Source of the DNA: Rhynchobatus australiae
Taxonomy: Eukaryota
DNA: 64,000 nucleotides
Assembly: GCA_034780895.1 (NCBI GenBank)
Contig: JAUZTB010000033.1
Location: forward strand, 31,337,894 to 31,401,893
Direction of reading: 5' to 3'
The notes below the pieces were generated by a model, which was not told the origin of the DNA, ran no database searches, and was given only the letters and a program-made list of their open reading frames with translations. Below are positions 63,331-64,000 of this stretch, piece after piece; position 1 is the first letter of the stretch; each line of letters begins with the position of its first letter. A program made the translations under genes and the position numbers.

Positions 63331-63575
63331 ATGTTGCTCTCAGTAGCTGAACATTTTGCTGACATTCATTCTGTAGACTCTCCATTCAGAATACAGTTGG
63401 GTATCATTGAGCAATTGGCAAAAACTAGCAGTCTCTTTAGAAGCACGATAGTTAAAGTTTAATTATCAGCCATTGTCTCCAAAAACAAAAGTGGGCAGTA
63501 AGGTCAAAGGATCACAAGAACTACACAAAAACTGGGTGAACTGGACCACATGATTATTAGCATGTAATAAACAAA

Positions 63576-63720
63576 TACAGGTATCCCTCAATTTACAAAG
63601 GAATTACATTCTGGGAAATCATTGTGTTAAGTGAAAATTTATAAATTATGAAGGCATTTCCTATTAATTTCAATGCAAACATTCTGATTGCATTGTGAGC
63701 TCAAGAATTTTAGTTAATAA
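63576..63720 (+). mobile_element. Possible Tigger/mariner-type transposon left end
   Basis: TA|CAGGTATCCCTCAATTTACAAAGG resembles Tigger-family TIRs; no partner TIR identified in the window. Confidence 0.35.
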
Positions 63721-64000
63721 CTCCTAAAGACTTAAAAGACATCAATAAGTATTTGAATAAAATATTATAAATTGAATCTTAAAATAATGAAGACAGACAT
63801 AATACAACAGCTATGCAGTGCAGTTAAGTGCAACATACAAGTGATTCCCTCTTTTCAGCATCTCTTGTCAGCTACCTCTCCCTTGCTTTCCACTGGCTCT
63901 CTCCCCCTGATTTTTTGCCATCTCTCTCCCATCCCTTGCCATGAACCCCATGCTGTCCCCATTTTCTCTTCTTCACCCACCCTTTCCTCCTCTCTCTGCC

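Noticed and set aside
1-64000. CRISPR arrays, operons or other prokaryotic systems
   Set aside because: The sequence is a spliced vertebrate gene with eukaryotic retroelements; no repeat-spacer arrays were seen.

Overview
Vertebrate genomic DNA, very likely elasmobranch (shark or ray) judging from its repeats: V-SINE/HE1-like and Deu-type SINEs plus CR1, Rex1 and Penelope-like elements. The window holds the 5' part of PIK3C2A (class II PI3-kinase alpha) on the minus strand. It has a CpG-island promoter and probable non-coding exon 1 (~56.1-56.2 kb), a ~34 kb first intron, a large first coding exon (20971-22107) and six more coding exons (13656-13756, 10708-10865, 3360-3480, 1573-1684, 380-459, 214-277). 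All have GT-AG borders and compatible phases, and the gene continues off the left edge. Intron 1 carries an intact antisense 6-finger C2H2 zinc-finger ORF with no KRAB, followed by a 2.2 kb CR1, and a decayed 28S rRNA 3' fragment including the sarcin-ricin loop next to a tRNA-derived SINE. Penelope-like terminal repeats with decayed hammerhead ribozyme cores are scattered through the window, and a Penelope-like element split by nested LINE insertions lies upstream of the promoter. Family assignments are from recalled consensus motifs, not database searches, and repeat borders are approximate. I see no clear evidence of a wholly new system; the nested ZNF cassette, the 28S fragment, the uORF chain and a candidate poison exon are the best leads.
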